A DNA stretch of 64,000 bases from an uncultured virus (IMG/VR IMGVR_UViG_3300035181_001402) (IMGVR_UViG_3300035181_001402:1-64000); one strand, 5' to 3'; positions 39,246 through 49,309 are shown, counted from the stretch's first letter. Program-made: numbers and translations. Notes: generated by a model not told the origin, from the sequence alone.

Positions 39246-40473
39246 GGTTTACCGTCGATTCATGGCTGACGCCATTGGCGATCCGGTTGAACTCCTGGCT
39301 CAGTTCAAAAAATGGGTCTCTCTATTCGCTGAAAACGGAGACTTTGCCATGACGTCTTCGACCTTGTTGCGGGAGGCGCTTGACAAGTTGCCCCTCAACG
39401 AGGACCGAGACAGATACAGAGCCCCCATGCCCCCCAATCTGGAGCCTTACGCTAAAGGCATCCGAGACATCGTGTCTACGATGGGCATGGGGAATTGGTA
39501 CAAGAGAGCCAAGCCTTTGGCGACCTCTCTCTTCTTCTCTCTCCTACAACAGTACGCAATCCTCCCTGCCCTTTCAAAGGGGGTAGAAGCAGCCACTCGA
39601 TTCTGGGATAAGACCCGTACAACGGTTCGTCTCAAGAGCGATTACAAGTTCGGGTGGGCGGCGTGGATCGAGTACCTCGATGCCTATGTTGAGGTGATGG
39701 ACCTTCTAAACGCTCAAGTGGTACTTGGGGAGAAAGTCCTTGCCACGGCGAAGCTTCACAGTGACCCTGATGTCGCAGCGACTACCCGGATCCCTGTGGG
39801 TAGTTTCACGCTGGTCAACACAGGCAACTTCGACGAGAAGGTGATGGCCACCAACAAAGAGGTCGTCGCCAAAGCTGAGCGGGCTCTCCGTGAGATCGGA
39901 CTTGCAAAGGTGTGCTACGGGGACATACTGGTCACGAAGACCATCAGCCAAAGCTCTCGCATCATGGCGTTCTATCTCATCAAGAATGACGAGATGTTCG
40001 TCAGGGCCAATATTCGGCCTGGGTGGGATACGGTTCAGACCGTCTGTCACGAGCTGACGCACCGGCTCATTCACAAGTTCCTAGCCTCGAAAAAGGCTGA
40101 GATCCGGAACCTTTTTCGGACAGTTCAGAACCACCAAAATGACATTCAGATCCCCTTGGCCCTTTACCCCAACGCAGGGGATAAATTGGTGTTCAAGGGG
40201 GAGAACTTGGTCGTCACGGGTGTCGACTTCATGAAGTCGAAGGTGAATCTGGCCATCGCAGACGACCCCAAGTCCTTGCTCTCGATGAAGATTGATGCTT
40301 GGTGTCGGGTCAACAACATTCAAGTTGTCCCCCCGGAAGAATTCAAGGGGTTTGTGACGCAATACGCCGCAACGGACCCCGACGAAAACTTCTGTGAGAT
40401 GGTGTCTTACTACGCACTGGGCAAGCTGCCCAAAGTTCAAATCCCTTTGATTGAAGCGATCCTCAATGGATGA
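39202..40473 (+). CDS. Zincin-type metallopeptidase with N-terminal RVxRRF tag
   Basis: CHELTH plus downstream YAATDPDENFCE; N-terminal NIARRVYRRFMA. Confidence 0.7.
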   Translation: MTPDFASNATNIARRVYRRFMADAIGDPVELLAQFKKWVSLFAENGDFAMTSSTLLREALDKLPLNEDRDRYRAPMPPNLEPYAKGIRDIVSTMGMGNWYKRAKPLATSLFFSLLQQYAILPALSKGVEAATRFWDKTRTTVRLKSDYKFGWAAWIEYLDAYVEVMDLLNAQVVLGEKVLATAKLHSDPDVAATTRIPVGSFTLVNTGNFDEKVMATNKEVVAKAERALREIGLAKVCYGDILVTKTISQSSRIMAFYLIKNDEMFVRANIRPGWDTVQTVCHELTHRLIHKFLASKKAEIRNLFRTVQNHQNDIQIPLALYPNAGDKLVFKGENLVVTGVDFMKSKVNLAIADDPKSLLSMKIDAWCRVNNIQVVPPEEFKGFVTQYAATDPDENFCEMVSYYALGKLPKVQIPLIEAILNG

Positions 40474-40855
40474 TATCGACCTCTCGACATACTTCGCAGT
40501 TCAGTCCACGCGCTATGAGACGTCGCATGACGTGGCAAAAGCGGTGATGATGGCCTCCAAGACAGCACAGGTGCTCTTCCGGAGGTTGGAAAGCCTCGAC
40601 ACGATGAGCGTCGGAACCTCTACGTTCATCCGGTTCCGGGCCGACCTCGGGACGCCCCGAGCGGTCTTCGGTGCGCTCTTGGCGGGCGGTCGGGGCGTCA
40701 TCGAGTGCCAGGGGAAGACCTACGTGGTGAAGCTCCCTGGGGGCCGCTCGGGACCCATGAACACGCTGACGATGCACGCGGAACCCAAGCCGGGGAACCA
40801 GCGCATGTACCGCGGGACCAAGATCAAGAGCTGGGAGGACCAGTTCTCGGTGTAA
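40466..40855 (+). CDS. Hypothetical protein
   Basis: 129 aa. Confidence 0.5.
   Translation: MDDIDLSTYFAVQSTRYETSHDVAKAVMMASKTAQVLFRRLESLDTMSVGTSTFIRFRADLGTPRAVFGALLAGGRGVIECQGKTYVVKLPGGRSGPMNTLTMHAEPKPGNQRMYRGTKIKSWEDQFSV
40849..40854 (+). promoter_or_regulatory. Class-2 motif GGTGTA
   Basis: 10 nt upstream of ATG 40865; overlaps the upstream stop. Confidence 0.65.
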
Positions 40856-40864
40856 AGAGTCCAC

Positions 40865-41430
40865 ATGGACGCTCAAGAACTTCTCCAGACCGCTTTCGAT
40901 CCCTTCCAAAAATCAGCCGGTTGAACCGCGAGTGTGTCGCCACGGAGAAGCTCGACGGGGCCAACGTCGGGATCACCATCGCCGACGACTTCCAGACCTA
41001 CCGGGTCAACTCCCGCACGAAGTACATCTCCTACAAGGACGACTACAAGGGCTTCGCCCGCTGGATCGAGGAGAACCGGGAAGAGGTCCTCAAGCTCGGC
41101 CCCGGGCGTCACAACGGAGAGTGGTGGGGCTCGGGTCTCGGTCGAGGCTACGGTCTCAAGGAGAAGCGCTTCTCCCTCTTCAACACCGCGATCTGGGGTG
41201 ACGATGCGGTTCGCCCGAAGTGCTGCCACGTCGTTCCCGTTCTCGGGCGCGGCACGGACATCCGAGTCGTCACGGAGAACGCTCTGACCCTTCTTCGCGA
41301 GAAGGGGAGCCAGGCAGCTCCTGGCTACATGGACCCCGAAGGCGTGGTCATCTTCCACACGGCTTCCTCGTCCCTTTTCAAGGTGACCCTCAAGAACGAC
41401 GAGTCCCCCAAAGGGGCTCAGGCAGAGTAG
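40865..41430 (+). CDS. Rnl2-like RNA ligase domain protein, apparent frameshift at ~40907
   Basis: PKISRL, TEKLDGAN (motif I), GEWWG, EGVV, FK; the promoter-proximal ATG is out of frame by one base. Confidence 0.7.
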
Positions 41431-41459
41431 CGGTTTCTTCTCATATCGGGGCCTCTGGT

Positions 41460-42233
41460 ATGAAGGTCGCCGCTGTTCAATTCGCCCCCACGTATGGGGA
41501 CAAGCTCGGAAATCTCCGCAAAGTCGCCAGGCTCGTTCTCCACGCGGCGGAGAACGGGGCCCGGCTCATCGTTCTCCCGGAGCTGGTCACCACGGGGTAC
41601 AGCTTCATGGGCGAGGAGGATGCCATCCCCGTGGCTGAGGAGATATCCCTCAACAGCCTGACGATGAAGGCGATGCACGCGCTCGCGTCCGCCTACAACG
41701 TCCACCTCGTCTGGGGAATGGTCGAGCGCGAGGTGGGCACCAACAAGCTCTACAACAGCCAGGTCTACATCGACCCCACGGGCTACTTCGAGTCCTATCG
41801 CAAGGTCAACCTGTGGGGGAACGACATCCTCTGGGCGCACGAGGGGAAGGGGAATCCACCCGTCATCCGAGCGAAGTTCGAGGCAGGGATTGGAGAGCCT
41901 TCCACCACGCTTCGGGTCGGGCTTCTCATCTGCCGAGACGTCCGAAACAAGAAGGACGACAAGTGGACCGACTTCTACGAATCGGGGGATGCTGACGTCG
42001 TGTGCTTCTCGGCCAACTGGGGCAACGGGGGCTTCCCTTCAACGACGTGGTGGGACTTCGCGAAGGACAACAACACCTGGCTCATCGTCGCGAACCGTTA
42101 CGGCAAAGAGGTCCCGAACGACTTCGGCGAGGGCGGCATCTGCGTCATCGAGCCCTCGGGGAAGGTCCACTGCGACGGCCTCAAGGGGCACTGGCTCCAG
42201 GACTGCGTTGTTTACTGCGATATTCCTACCTGA
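41460..42233 (+). CDS. Carbon-nitrogen hydrolase (nitrilase superfamily)
   Basis: MKVAAVQF, LPEL (Glu), YRKVNL (Lys), LICRD (Cys), ANR. Confidence 0.9.
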   Translation: MKVAAVQFAPTYGDKLGNLRKVARLVLHAAENGARLIVLPELVTTGYSFMGEEDAIPVAEEISLNSLTMKAMHALASAYNVHLVWGMVEREVGTNKLYNSQVYIDPTGYFESYRKVNLWGNDILWAHEGKGNPPVIRAKFEAGIGEPSTTLRVGLLICRDVRNKKDDKWTDFYESGDADVVCFSANWGNGGFPSTTWWDFAKDNNTWLIVANRYGKEVPNDFGEGGICVIEPSGKVHCDGLKGHWLQDCVVYCDIPT

Positions 42234-42235
42234 AG

Positions 42236-42867
42236 ATGCTTCCTGCACTACCTGTAACCGATCTCATGTTGACCACGCCTGACGCAGAAGGGTTGAACAT
42301 GTGGGCGATTGATTTTGGACGCAAATCGATACCCGAAGGTATCGGCGTCTACTGTTTTTACGATCCCAAAACGGGAAGCCCTAGCTACATTGGGTCGGGG
42401 TGTGCGGTACATTCAAATGGGGTTGGGGTTTGGCGTCGAATTCTGCAATACCGCCGGGAACCGAATCAAACCACATGCAAGCATGATCGGAGAATTGGTC
42501 AAGCTGTGCGAGAGCAAGGCCTTCTTTTGAAGGTTTGGTTGGTAGCGAGTGATGGGGATGCCAGGAAGTACGAAATGGACGCAATCGCCAAATACCAACC
42601 CTCAACAAAGTTGGAGCACAAGATCCAATTCAGACTGTGGTACGTGAACGGGCCGAAGCTCAAGCGCACCATGCTCGTACGCGTACCAAATGGCTTGGGG
42701 TGTACGACCCGAGTGCTGTGAAGGCTTGCAGTAAATGTAAGACACCGAAAAAGTGCTCGGAGTATCGACGGTACGATGGCCTACCCTATGGTGTACAGCG
42801 TCGTTGCAGGTCTTGTGAGTCCGTTCAGCGGGCTCTGATCAAGAAAAACGCGGAGATCCCGGCATGA
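42236..42867 (+). pseudogene. GIY-YIG endonuclease with C-terminal Zn ribbon, frameshifted at ~42600
   Basis: GVY...YIG..R..E..YQP; the -1 frame continues LN...CSKC...CRSC; AT-richer. Confidence 0.65.
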
Positions 42868-43196
42868 GCTACTCCTACGATCGTCGCGCGTCTGACCCTA
42901 CCTCGGCTGTCGACTGGGTGATCGACAACGTGTTGGACCAGAAACACGACGGTAAGTCTGTGAAGAAGGAAATCGAGGCCTACCTTCGAGAGTACATCAA
43001 ACAGGGACAGGCAATTTCGGACTTCTTCCGAGCTGCTCTTGCAGAAGCCGAGAAGAGTGTCGAGATGGACGGAGTCCAGGTCACAGAGGAAGCGGTGAAG
43101 CGTGCCGTTTACAAAGGCGTCGTCCGGGTCTTCTTTGACGACGCCATGGGCCCGCTGCTCGCGGACATGATCGCGAACCGGAAGTACGTCGACTGA
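42864..43196 (+). CDS. Hypothetical protein (starts MSYSYDRRA)
   Basis: 110 aa, ATGA overlap. Confidence 0.55.
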   Translation: MSYSYDRRASDPTSAVDWVIDNVLDQKHDGKSVKKEIEAYLREYIKQGQAISDFFRAALAEAEKSVEMDGVQVTEEAVKRAVYKGVVRVFFDDAMGPLLADMIANRKYVD

Positions 43197-43228
43197 CCCC
43201 AAAATGATTCGGCATTTTGGGCTTTTGT

Positions 43229-43234
43229 GGTGTA
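43229..43234 (+). promoter_or_regulatory. Class-2 motif GGTGTA
   Basis: 10 nt upstream of ATG 43245. Confidence 0.65.
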
Positions 43235-43244
43235 CTAGATCAAC

Positions 43245-44495
43245 ATGGCCCAAAACATCGCCAAGTGCTCGTTCTGTGGAAAACCCCGCAATGAGGTGAA
43301 AGCCCTCGCGGGGGTTGAGGGGGGCGCCCTCATCTGTGACAAGTGTGTGGGGCAGATCGGTCGAGCCTTCGGCGAAGCGGAGCTGAAGAAGAACGCCGAC
43401 AAGAAGGAAGTCCTTCGCAAGCCCATGGAAATCCGGGCCTTCCTGGATCAGTACGTCATCGGGCAGGAACGGGCGAAGGTGGACATGGCGGTGGCCGTCT
43501 ACAACCACTACAAGCGGCGGGATGCCGTCCGTCAAAACCTGGATCTTGGGGTCGAGATCCAGAAGAGCAACATGATGGTCATCGGCCCGAGCGGTTGCGG
43601 CAAGACCGAGATCGCTCGAACCCTCGCCCGGATGTTGGGCGTGCCCATGTTCAACGCGGACGCGACCAAGCTGACGCAAGCGGGCTACGTCGGGGATGAC
43701 GTCGAGAGCTTGATTCAGGGGCTCATCGCGGATGCCAACGGGGACATCGAGCGTGCTCAGTGGGGGATCATTTTCATCGACGAGTTCGACAAGCTGGCGA
43801 GGAAGTCGGGCCGCGGGTCGACCGGCTATCGCGACGTCACGGGGGAAGGCGTTCAGCAGAGCCTCCTCAAGCTCCTCGAAGGGAACAAGATCAACGTGCC
43901 CCGCGGGCAGGGCAAGATGGTCACGTCAGGTGGGGAATCGGACCCGTTCGACACCACCAACGTGCTCTTCATCTGCGCCGGGTCCTTCGCCGGAATCGAG
44001 GACATCATCTCGCAGCGGGTGAACCACAAGTCGAGCCTTGGATTCGGAGCGGAGGACAAGAAGAAGCTCTCCAAGACGGAGACCTACCTGGAGGTGAAGG
44101 AAGACGACATTCTCAGCTTCGGGATCATCCCCGAGCTGATGGGGCGCGTCCCGGTGCTCACGACGGTGATCGAGCTGACGGAAGAGGAGATGTTGAAGAT
44201 CCTCACGGAGCCCCGCAACGCCATCATCAAGCAGGTCAAGGCCCTCTTCCACATGGACCGCATCGATCTCCAGTTCGATGATGCTGCCCTCCGGCACATC
44301 GCCAAGGAGGCCAAGAAGCGGCCGACGGGAGCCCGCGGGCTTCGGTCCGTCGTCGAGAGCATCCTGGCTCCGTACGCCTACATCTCGCCGAGCGACCCCA
44401 CGATCGTCTCGATCCGGATCACGGAGGAAGCGGCCATGGGGAAGGGTCAAGCTGTCATCCTCCGCCGGGATGTCCCGGCAGAAGCGGTGGGGTGA
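43245..44495 (+). CDS. clpX: ATP-dependent Clp protease ATP-binding subunit ClpX
   Basis: C4 Zn finger CSFCGK..ICDKC, YVIGQ, GPSGCGKT, GYVG, IDEFDK, GEGVQQ, LGF loop, TGARGLRS. Confidence 0.95.
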   Translation: MAQNIAKCSFCGKPRNEVKALAGVEGGALICDKCVGQIGRAFGEAELKKNADKKEVLRKPMEIRAFLDQYVIGQERAKVDMAVAVYNHYKRRDAVRQNLDLGVEIQKSNMMVIGPSGCGKTEIARTLARMLGVPMFNADATKLTQAGYVGDDVESLIQGLIADANGDIERAQWGIIFIDEFDKLARKSGRGSTGYRDVTGEGVQQSLLKLLEGNKINVPRGQGKMVTSGGESDPFDTTNVLFICAGSFAGIEDIISQRVNHKSSLGFGAEDKKKLSKTETYLEVKEDDILSFGIIPELMGRVPVLTTVIELTEEEMLKILTEPRNAIIKQVKALFHMDRIDLQFDDAALRHIAKEAKKRPTGARGLRSVVESILAPYAYISPSDPTIVSIRITEEAAMGKGQAVILRRDVPAEAVG

Positions 44496-44788
44496 TCGAG
44501 ATGGGCATCCCTCGAAAAGGAAGCCGCCCTATCGTGGTCGATGGGAAGTCTTACCGCTACCTCGTGAAGATTTCCCATCGCTTTGAGGAGCGAGACCAGA
44601 AAGAGCTGGTCCTGATCGTCCAGGAGGTGACGCCGAAACCCGGTCGGGTTCTTTTTCGCCGCCTGTCCTACTACAGGGTCATCACGCCTCGCCTGGTTGC
44701 GGAGATGATCCCGAAGGCGCTGAAGCGAGGCTGGGACCCCAGCGCCAGGGGTATCGCCTTCTACGTTGGCGACTCGATCGACGAGTGA
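44492..44788 (+). CDS. Small hypothetical protein, tandem paralogue 1
   Basis: SRPIVVDGKSYRY..ITP..GWDP. Confidence 0.6.
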   Translation: MIEMGIPRKGSRPIVVDGKSYRYLVKISHRFEERDQKELVLIVQEVTPKPGRVLFRRLSYYRVITPRLVAEMIPKALKRGWDPSARGIAFYVGDSIDE

Positions 44789-44791
44789 CCC

Positions 44792-45061
44792 ATGAGCTTC
44801 CCCAAGAAGAAGAGCAGGCGTATTCAGGTAGAGGGTAGGGCCTATCGCTATCTGGTGAAGACCCCTACCAACACCGACCCCCAACGTCATGCGGGGGGTC
44901 GGCTCATCTTGATCCAGGCTGACACGGAAAAGCCTGGACAAATACTCCGCACCTCAATGGTGATCGAGAGTGTGACTCCCTCCCTCATTATCAATGCCAT
45001 CCGGCAAGGCATTGCAAAGGGATGGGACCCGTACGAACCCGGCGCAGTCTTCGATATCTGA
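44792..45061 (+). CDS. Small hypothetical protein, tandem paralogue 2
   Basis: SRRIQVEGRAYRY..VTP..GWDP. Confidence 0.6.
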   Translation: MSFPKKKSRRIQVEGRAYRYLVKTPTNTDPQRHAGGRLILIQADTEKPGQILRTSMVIESVTPSLIINAIRQGIAKGWDPYEPGAVFDI

Positions 45062-45064
45062 CCC

Positions 45065-45784
45065 ATGAAAGTCGGCATCATCTCGGATCTTCACTTCGAG
45101 TTCCAACGGGACTCGGGACGCTCTCTTCTGGAGAGCATCCTCCCCGATGGTTGCGATGTGCTCGTTGTGGCGGGAGACCTTACGGTGGGAGCCGAGCTGA
45201 TCCCGGCGCTGAGTCTCCTCTGCCACCAGTACACGGAGGTGGTCTACGTCCCTGGAAACCACGAGTACTACCGGATGACTCGTGGGGAGCTTCGCAAACG
45301 GCTGCACAACTTCGCCGGCCGACACAAGAATTTCCACTGGCTGGACAACAGCTCTGTGGTTCTCGGAGGGCAGCGCTTCCTTGGGGGTACGATGTGGTTT
45401 CGTCACGACCCCATTGCCCCGAAGGATGAGATGTGGGATTTCAAGCTCATCCCCGAGCTGGAGTCCTGGGTGTACCAGGACAATGCAGCCACCCTTGCCT
45501 TCTTCCAGAAGGAGGTGCGAGAGGGGGACATCGTCGTCACCCATCATCTCCCTTCTCCGCGGTCGACTCCAGAGCAGTACAAGGGATCCGAGATCAACTC
45601 GTTCTTCGTCTGCAACATGGAGGAGTTGATCCTCGCGAAGAAGCCTGCGATTTGTATGCACGGCCATACCCACGGGTCCTTCGACTACCAGCTTGGGAAA
45701 ACCCGAGTGCTCTGCAACCCGTTCGGGTACGCGCGGAAAGAAGAGAACCCCAAGTTCAATTTCGAGCTGACGGTCGAAGTCTGA
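45065..45784 (+). CDS. Calcineurin-like metallophosphoesterase
   Basis: SDLH, AGD, GNHE, THH, HGHTH. Confidence 0.9.
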   Translation: MKVGIISDLHFEFQRDSGRSLLESILPDGCDVLVVAGDLTVGAELIPALSLLCHQYTEVVYVPGNHEYYRMTRGELRKRLHNFAGRHKNFHWLDNSSVVLGGQRFLGGTMWFRHDPIAPKDEMWDFKLIPELESWVYQDNAATLAFFQKEVREGDIVVTHHLPSPRSTPEQYKGSEINSFFVCNMEELILAKKPAICMHGHTHGSFDYQLGKTRVLCNPFGYARKEENPKFNFELTVEV

Positions 45785-45810
45785 GAGTTCTTTGATATGG
45801 CGGCTGTGGC

Positions 45811-46317
45811 AGGGATCGTCTGGCATTTGAGGTTTTCCGAAGGTTTCAAGAGTCTCGCTTGAAGCCCACCTGCATTTTCCGTATCGGGAAGCCTTCCAGC
45901 GCCAAGCCCTACGCTCAGGTCAACATCACGGCGTCTGTGATCTTGAACCAAAAAACACCCTTGGGTAAGGACCCATCAGGTGGGGGGAATGGGGTTACTC
46001 GCCCTCAGTTCGATCCGGAGATCCCGGAGCAGGTGGCTGCATTGGCCGCAACTGTTCGGGACTCCCTGAAGAAGTTCTTCGAGGAGCATGGGGTTGAGGG
46101 TTCCGTCACCTACTGCGAACCCGTCGCCAGCTTGAAGAAGTTCCTTGGGTCGCTGCACGCGGGGAATTACACGGACCCGACCAACTTTCTGGGAGCGCAC
46201 TTCAAGGTCCCCTACGGAGCTGGTCAGAAGAAACGAGTGGATCACATCTCTCGGGACATCGCTCGACTGGCCAGTGCATTCGAGAGCGACATGGATGTCG
46301 AAGTGAAACAGGATTGA
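45811..46317 (+). CDS. Hypothetical protein; start uncertain, N-terminal DRLAFEVFRRF tag-like segment
   Basis: Frame is open from 45796; tag-like peptide lies upstream of the first TTG (45859). Confidence 0.45.
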   Translation, partial: RDRLAFEVFRRFQESRLKPTCIFRIGKPSSAKPYAQVNITASVILNQKTPLGKDPSGGGNGVTRPQFDPEIPEQVAALAATVRDSLKKFFEEHGVEGSVTYCEPVASLKKFLGSLHAGNYTDPTNFLGAHFKVPYGAGQKKRVDHISRDIARLASAFESDMDVEVKQD

Positions 46318-46340
46318 TCCTCTTGTAGGGGGGTGTGGGC

Positions 46341-46691
46341 ATGGATCTGAACAAGCGCGTGGTGGCTCGGTTTTTGGAGGCAGCGGCAGCCAAGCAACGC
46401 ACCTACCCGCAAGCTCAAGCCGAGATATTCGCCTTCCTCAAGACGAAGGGTTGGAAGGTCACGGAAGGGCTCAAGGTGCCCCACGCGACCTCACCCGACG
46501 GCAAGTTCAAGCTCTGGTTCAAGGCGCAGTCTGTGTACTTCACCCTGCCCAACGACCGCGGGCGGCATGAGTACGGGGACGCTCGAACGATCAACTACGA
46601 TCACGACATTCGCAAGATGTCGGTCGAGGAGTTCCTGGAGATGGTCCTTCACTCGAAGGAGTACCGGGAAAAGAATCCCCTCCCCCGGTAG
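46341..46691 (+). CDS. RVVARF-tagged small protein
   Basis: MDLNKRVVARFLEAAAA. Confidence 0.6.
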   Translation: MDLNKRVVARFLEAAAAKQRTYPQAQAEIFAFLKTKGWKVTEGLKVPHATSPDGKFKLWFKAQSVYFTLPNDRGRHEYGDARTINYDHDIRKMSVEEFLEMVLHSKEYREKNPLPR

Positions 46692-46718
46692 CATTTTCTC
46701 TTGTGCCCTCCCCTCAGT

Positions 46719-47510
46719 GTGAGTGACCTCGTCCATCGTGTTGCGACCCGCTATGCAGCGGTGGTCATCCCCTTCAAACCCAAACCTGGGGTCCCGACGG
46801 CCACCATTGGGGGTCGGAAGTACGTGCTGAGCACGTTCCGTGGAGAGGGGATGGACGTCTCGGAAAAGGTCGATGAGGGCGGCCCGGGGACGGGACATGC
46901 TCGCTACATTCACCTCCCGAGCAACACCCCCTGGAGATACCTGTGGGTGTTCGATGCCGAGAAGAAGATCGTGGCGATGTGGCAGGTCTCTGAGGGGGAC
47001 CTGAAGATCCATGGTCCCTCGGGACACTTCGCTTCGATGATCGTGCATCTCGAAAAGAAGGGCCAGCTCAACCGGGTCACTCACGAAGAGTACCACGACC
47101 TCGAAAAGAGGATGGAGCGGGTCTACGATGAGACCGTGTCTGGGCTCAAGACCTTTTTCGAGCAGAACGACAGCGACTTCCAAAAGAAGGTCAATGCAGG
47201 CGTTCAGGAGTACTACGCCAAGTACGTCAAGCCGAAGGTGGACCGGGCCATCTCTGATGTGTTGAACGGGGCCATTCCTTTGGGGTTCAAGCCCTACGAT
47301 AGCCCCCATCGATCCACACAGAGCCAAGCTATCGGCTACAACGTGGGTATGGTCCTCAAGAGGGAGTTGGACCTCGCGAAGGTTGAGGAAGCTCTGGTCC
47401 ACATGGGGATCAACGTGCATTCCCCCCACGAAGACAACCAGGCGACCTACTGGGCCATCGGCGACGTCAAAGATACCGTCCTTGACCGACTTTCCACCGA
47501 GTACGCCTGA
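46719..47510 (+). CDS. RVATRY-tagged protein
   Basis: GTG start, SDLVHRVATRYAA. Confidence 0.6.
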   Translation: MSDLVHRVATRYAAVVIPFKPKPGVPTATIGGRKYVLSTFRGEGMDVSEKVDEGGPGTGHARYIHLPSNTPWRYLWVFDAEKKIVAMWQVSEGDLKIHGPSGHFASMIVHLEKKGQLNRVTHEEYHDLEKRMERVYDETVSGLKTFFEQNDSDFQKKVNAGVQEYYAKYVKPKVDRAISDVLNGAIPLGFKPYDSPHRSTQSQAIGYNVGMVLKRELDLAKVEEALVHMGINVHSPHEDNQATYWAIGDVKDTVLDRLSTEYA

Positions 47511-48769
47511 TGCTACCCATCGTCTATCGTGTCGCGCGGAGCTTTCAAGCATCTTGGGCTTCAGCCTTGCCCGAGGATTTTCGTCAGGCCATGTCGAAGA
47601 TCCTCGCGTGCCTGCACTCTCTCCAAGACACGGGGTTCACTGGGATTCAGGAAACGGATGGGGCCAGTTACCACAAGGGCATGGCCAATTACGCTCAGAT
47701 TAACGAGCTGAGCGCGTTCGTCATCTACGACCTCAGTGATTTGGGGAAGGTCTGGATGAAGACCCCCATTTTGGACATGATGCGGAAGAAATGGCCCCAT
47801 GACCCCAACAAGATCCTGACGACGTTGGGACCGCATGCCTGGCAGCTCGCTGAAAAAGAAGCGAAGCAACTGGCCCAGTTGATCCCCTCGGGGAACGATT
47901 GGAAAGAGCTGCGAGATCGCTACGACCGACGACTGATGCTCCCTACTTTTCGACCGAGGCCTCACATGACGCAATCCCGCACACTTCTCCGCGTTGTCGC
48001 TCGTTTCCAGATGCAGCTTGCGATGGAGCACTCATCGCCCGAGGAAATGAAAGAGTACCTGCACGAGCACCCTCAAGCCGACCCTGCGAATCACACCGTC
48101 ACCAAAAAGGAAGATCATGGGGGTGGCGGGGAGCATGAGCATGATGCACCCAAGAAGTCCTGGAAGGAGCGCCTGCAAGGACTCGGGGCCAAAGCGAAGA
48201 AGTTCTACGAGGATGCGCCCGCGGCCGTCAAGCAGTTCTTCACCGACGATGCCTATCGTCGAACGGCCCTCATGGGGGCCCACAAGAAGCTGATGGACGC
48301 CCCGCACAACGTCGTGCAGCATGCCATCACCACCGTGAAGAACGAGGTGAAGGAGTACAAGGAAGCGGCAGCCGGGGTGAAGGCTGTCATCAAGGGGGGT
48401 TCGATGACCCCCGAGCAGAAGCACGCTTTCAAGACATTGGCCAAGCACATGGCCATCACCGCTGCGGCAACGGCTCTGACAGTCAGTGGTGGGCCTCTCG
48501 CTCTTGCAGGGGCCTTCGGAAAGACCCTCACCAAGAACCTGGCAGCACGAGCGGCAGCCGACATCCTGGGACACATCGACGGGCTCAGCGAGTACATCGA
48601 GATTGGGGAGGGCATTCACAAGCATGTTCACCACTTCCTCGCATCGGATGAGGACGCCAAGGTGGACGAGGGGATCGCCAAGTTCGTCATGGCCAAGGTC
48701 GCCAAGCAGATCCAGGACCTCGACATGGACGCGATCGAGGCGGCCCTCAAGGAAATGGACTCAGAGTAA
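47510..48769 (+). CDS. Two-module doubly tagged protein
   Basis: MLPIVYRVARSFQA and internal MTQSRTLLRVVARFQMQLA (47966); hydrophobic segment in the C-terminal half. Confidence 0.6.
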   Translation: MLPIVYRVARSFQASWASALPEDFRQAMSKILACLHSLQDTGFTGIQETDGASYHKGMANYAQINELSAFVIYDLSDLGKVWMKTPILDMMRKKWPHDPNKILTTLGPHAWQLAEKEAKQLAQLIPSGNDWKELRDRYDRRLMLPTFRPRPHMTQSRTLLRVVARFQMQLAMEHSSPEEMKEYLHEHPQADPANHTVTKKEDHGGGGEHEHDAPKKSWKERLQGLGAKAKKFYEDAPAAVKQFFTDDAYRRTALMGAHKKLMDAPHNVVQHAITTVKNEVKEYKEAAAGVKAVIKGGSMTPEQKHAFKTLAKHMAITAAATALTVSGGPLALAGAFGKTLTKNLAARAAADILGHIDGLSEYIEIGEGIHKHVHHFLASDEDAKVDEGIAKFVMAKVAKQIQDLDMDAIEAALKEMDSE

Positions 48770-48780
48770 TCCCTCCAGTT

Positions 48781-48786
48781 GGTGTA
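48781..48786 (+). promoter_or_regulatory. Class-2 motif GGTGTA
   Basis: 10 nt upstream of ATG 48797. Confidence 0.65.
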
Positions 48787-48796
48787 CTTGGGGGAC

Positions 48797-49309
48797 ATGC
48801 CCACCTACGGAAATAAGCCCTCCCCCAAGAACCCCCTCATCCTCGGAGTGTTCTTTCTCATCCTCCTCCTCGGTTTCGGAATCACCGCGGGGTGCAAGGA
48901 TCTCCGGTTCGATCAGAACTGCGAGGGGCATCTCAAGCGAGCCGCTGACGCCAACACGGTCGAGCTGGCATACACGGAGCTGGGGACGGCCCTCCAGTAC
49001 ATCAAGTGGGCGGGGCTCACGTCTGGCAACACGTCGGTCTTCTTCGACACCCCGAACAACGACATCGGCTTCTGGTTCACGAACCTCAGCGCTTCCCAGG
49101 CGGAGTTGGCCAAGGTGACGCCCGAGACCGCCATGCTGGAGCGGAGCAACATGCTGCTCAAGCTCCGGGAGACGTTGCTCGATGGGCAAGTGGTGACCGT
49201 CCCTTCGGGCATCACGCTCTTCCCGAATGTCCAGTTCTACTTTTGGTGGGGCGTCATCTCGGCGATTGGGTTCTTCACCGGCCTGGGTGTGGGTTTGTAC
49301 CGCGCCTGA
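48797..49309 (+). CDS. Membrane protein (N- and C-terminal hydrophobic helices)
   Basis: LILGVFFLILLLGFGI and FYFWWGVISAIGFFTGLGVGLY. Confidence 0.6.
   Translation: MPTYGNKPSPKNPLILGVFFLILLLGFGITAGCKDLRFDQNCEGHLKRAADANTVELAYTELGTALQYIKWAGLTSGNTSVFFDTPNNDIGFWFTNLSASQAELAKVTPETAMLERSNMLLKLRETLLDGQVVTVPSGITLFPNVQFYFWWGVISAIGFFTGLGVGLYRA

Noticed and set aside
46313..46327. TTGATC followed by TGTAG as an additional class-1 promoter
   Set aside because: The spacer is only 4 nt rather than 16; it fits the third motif better.
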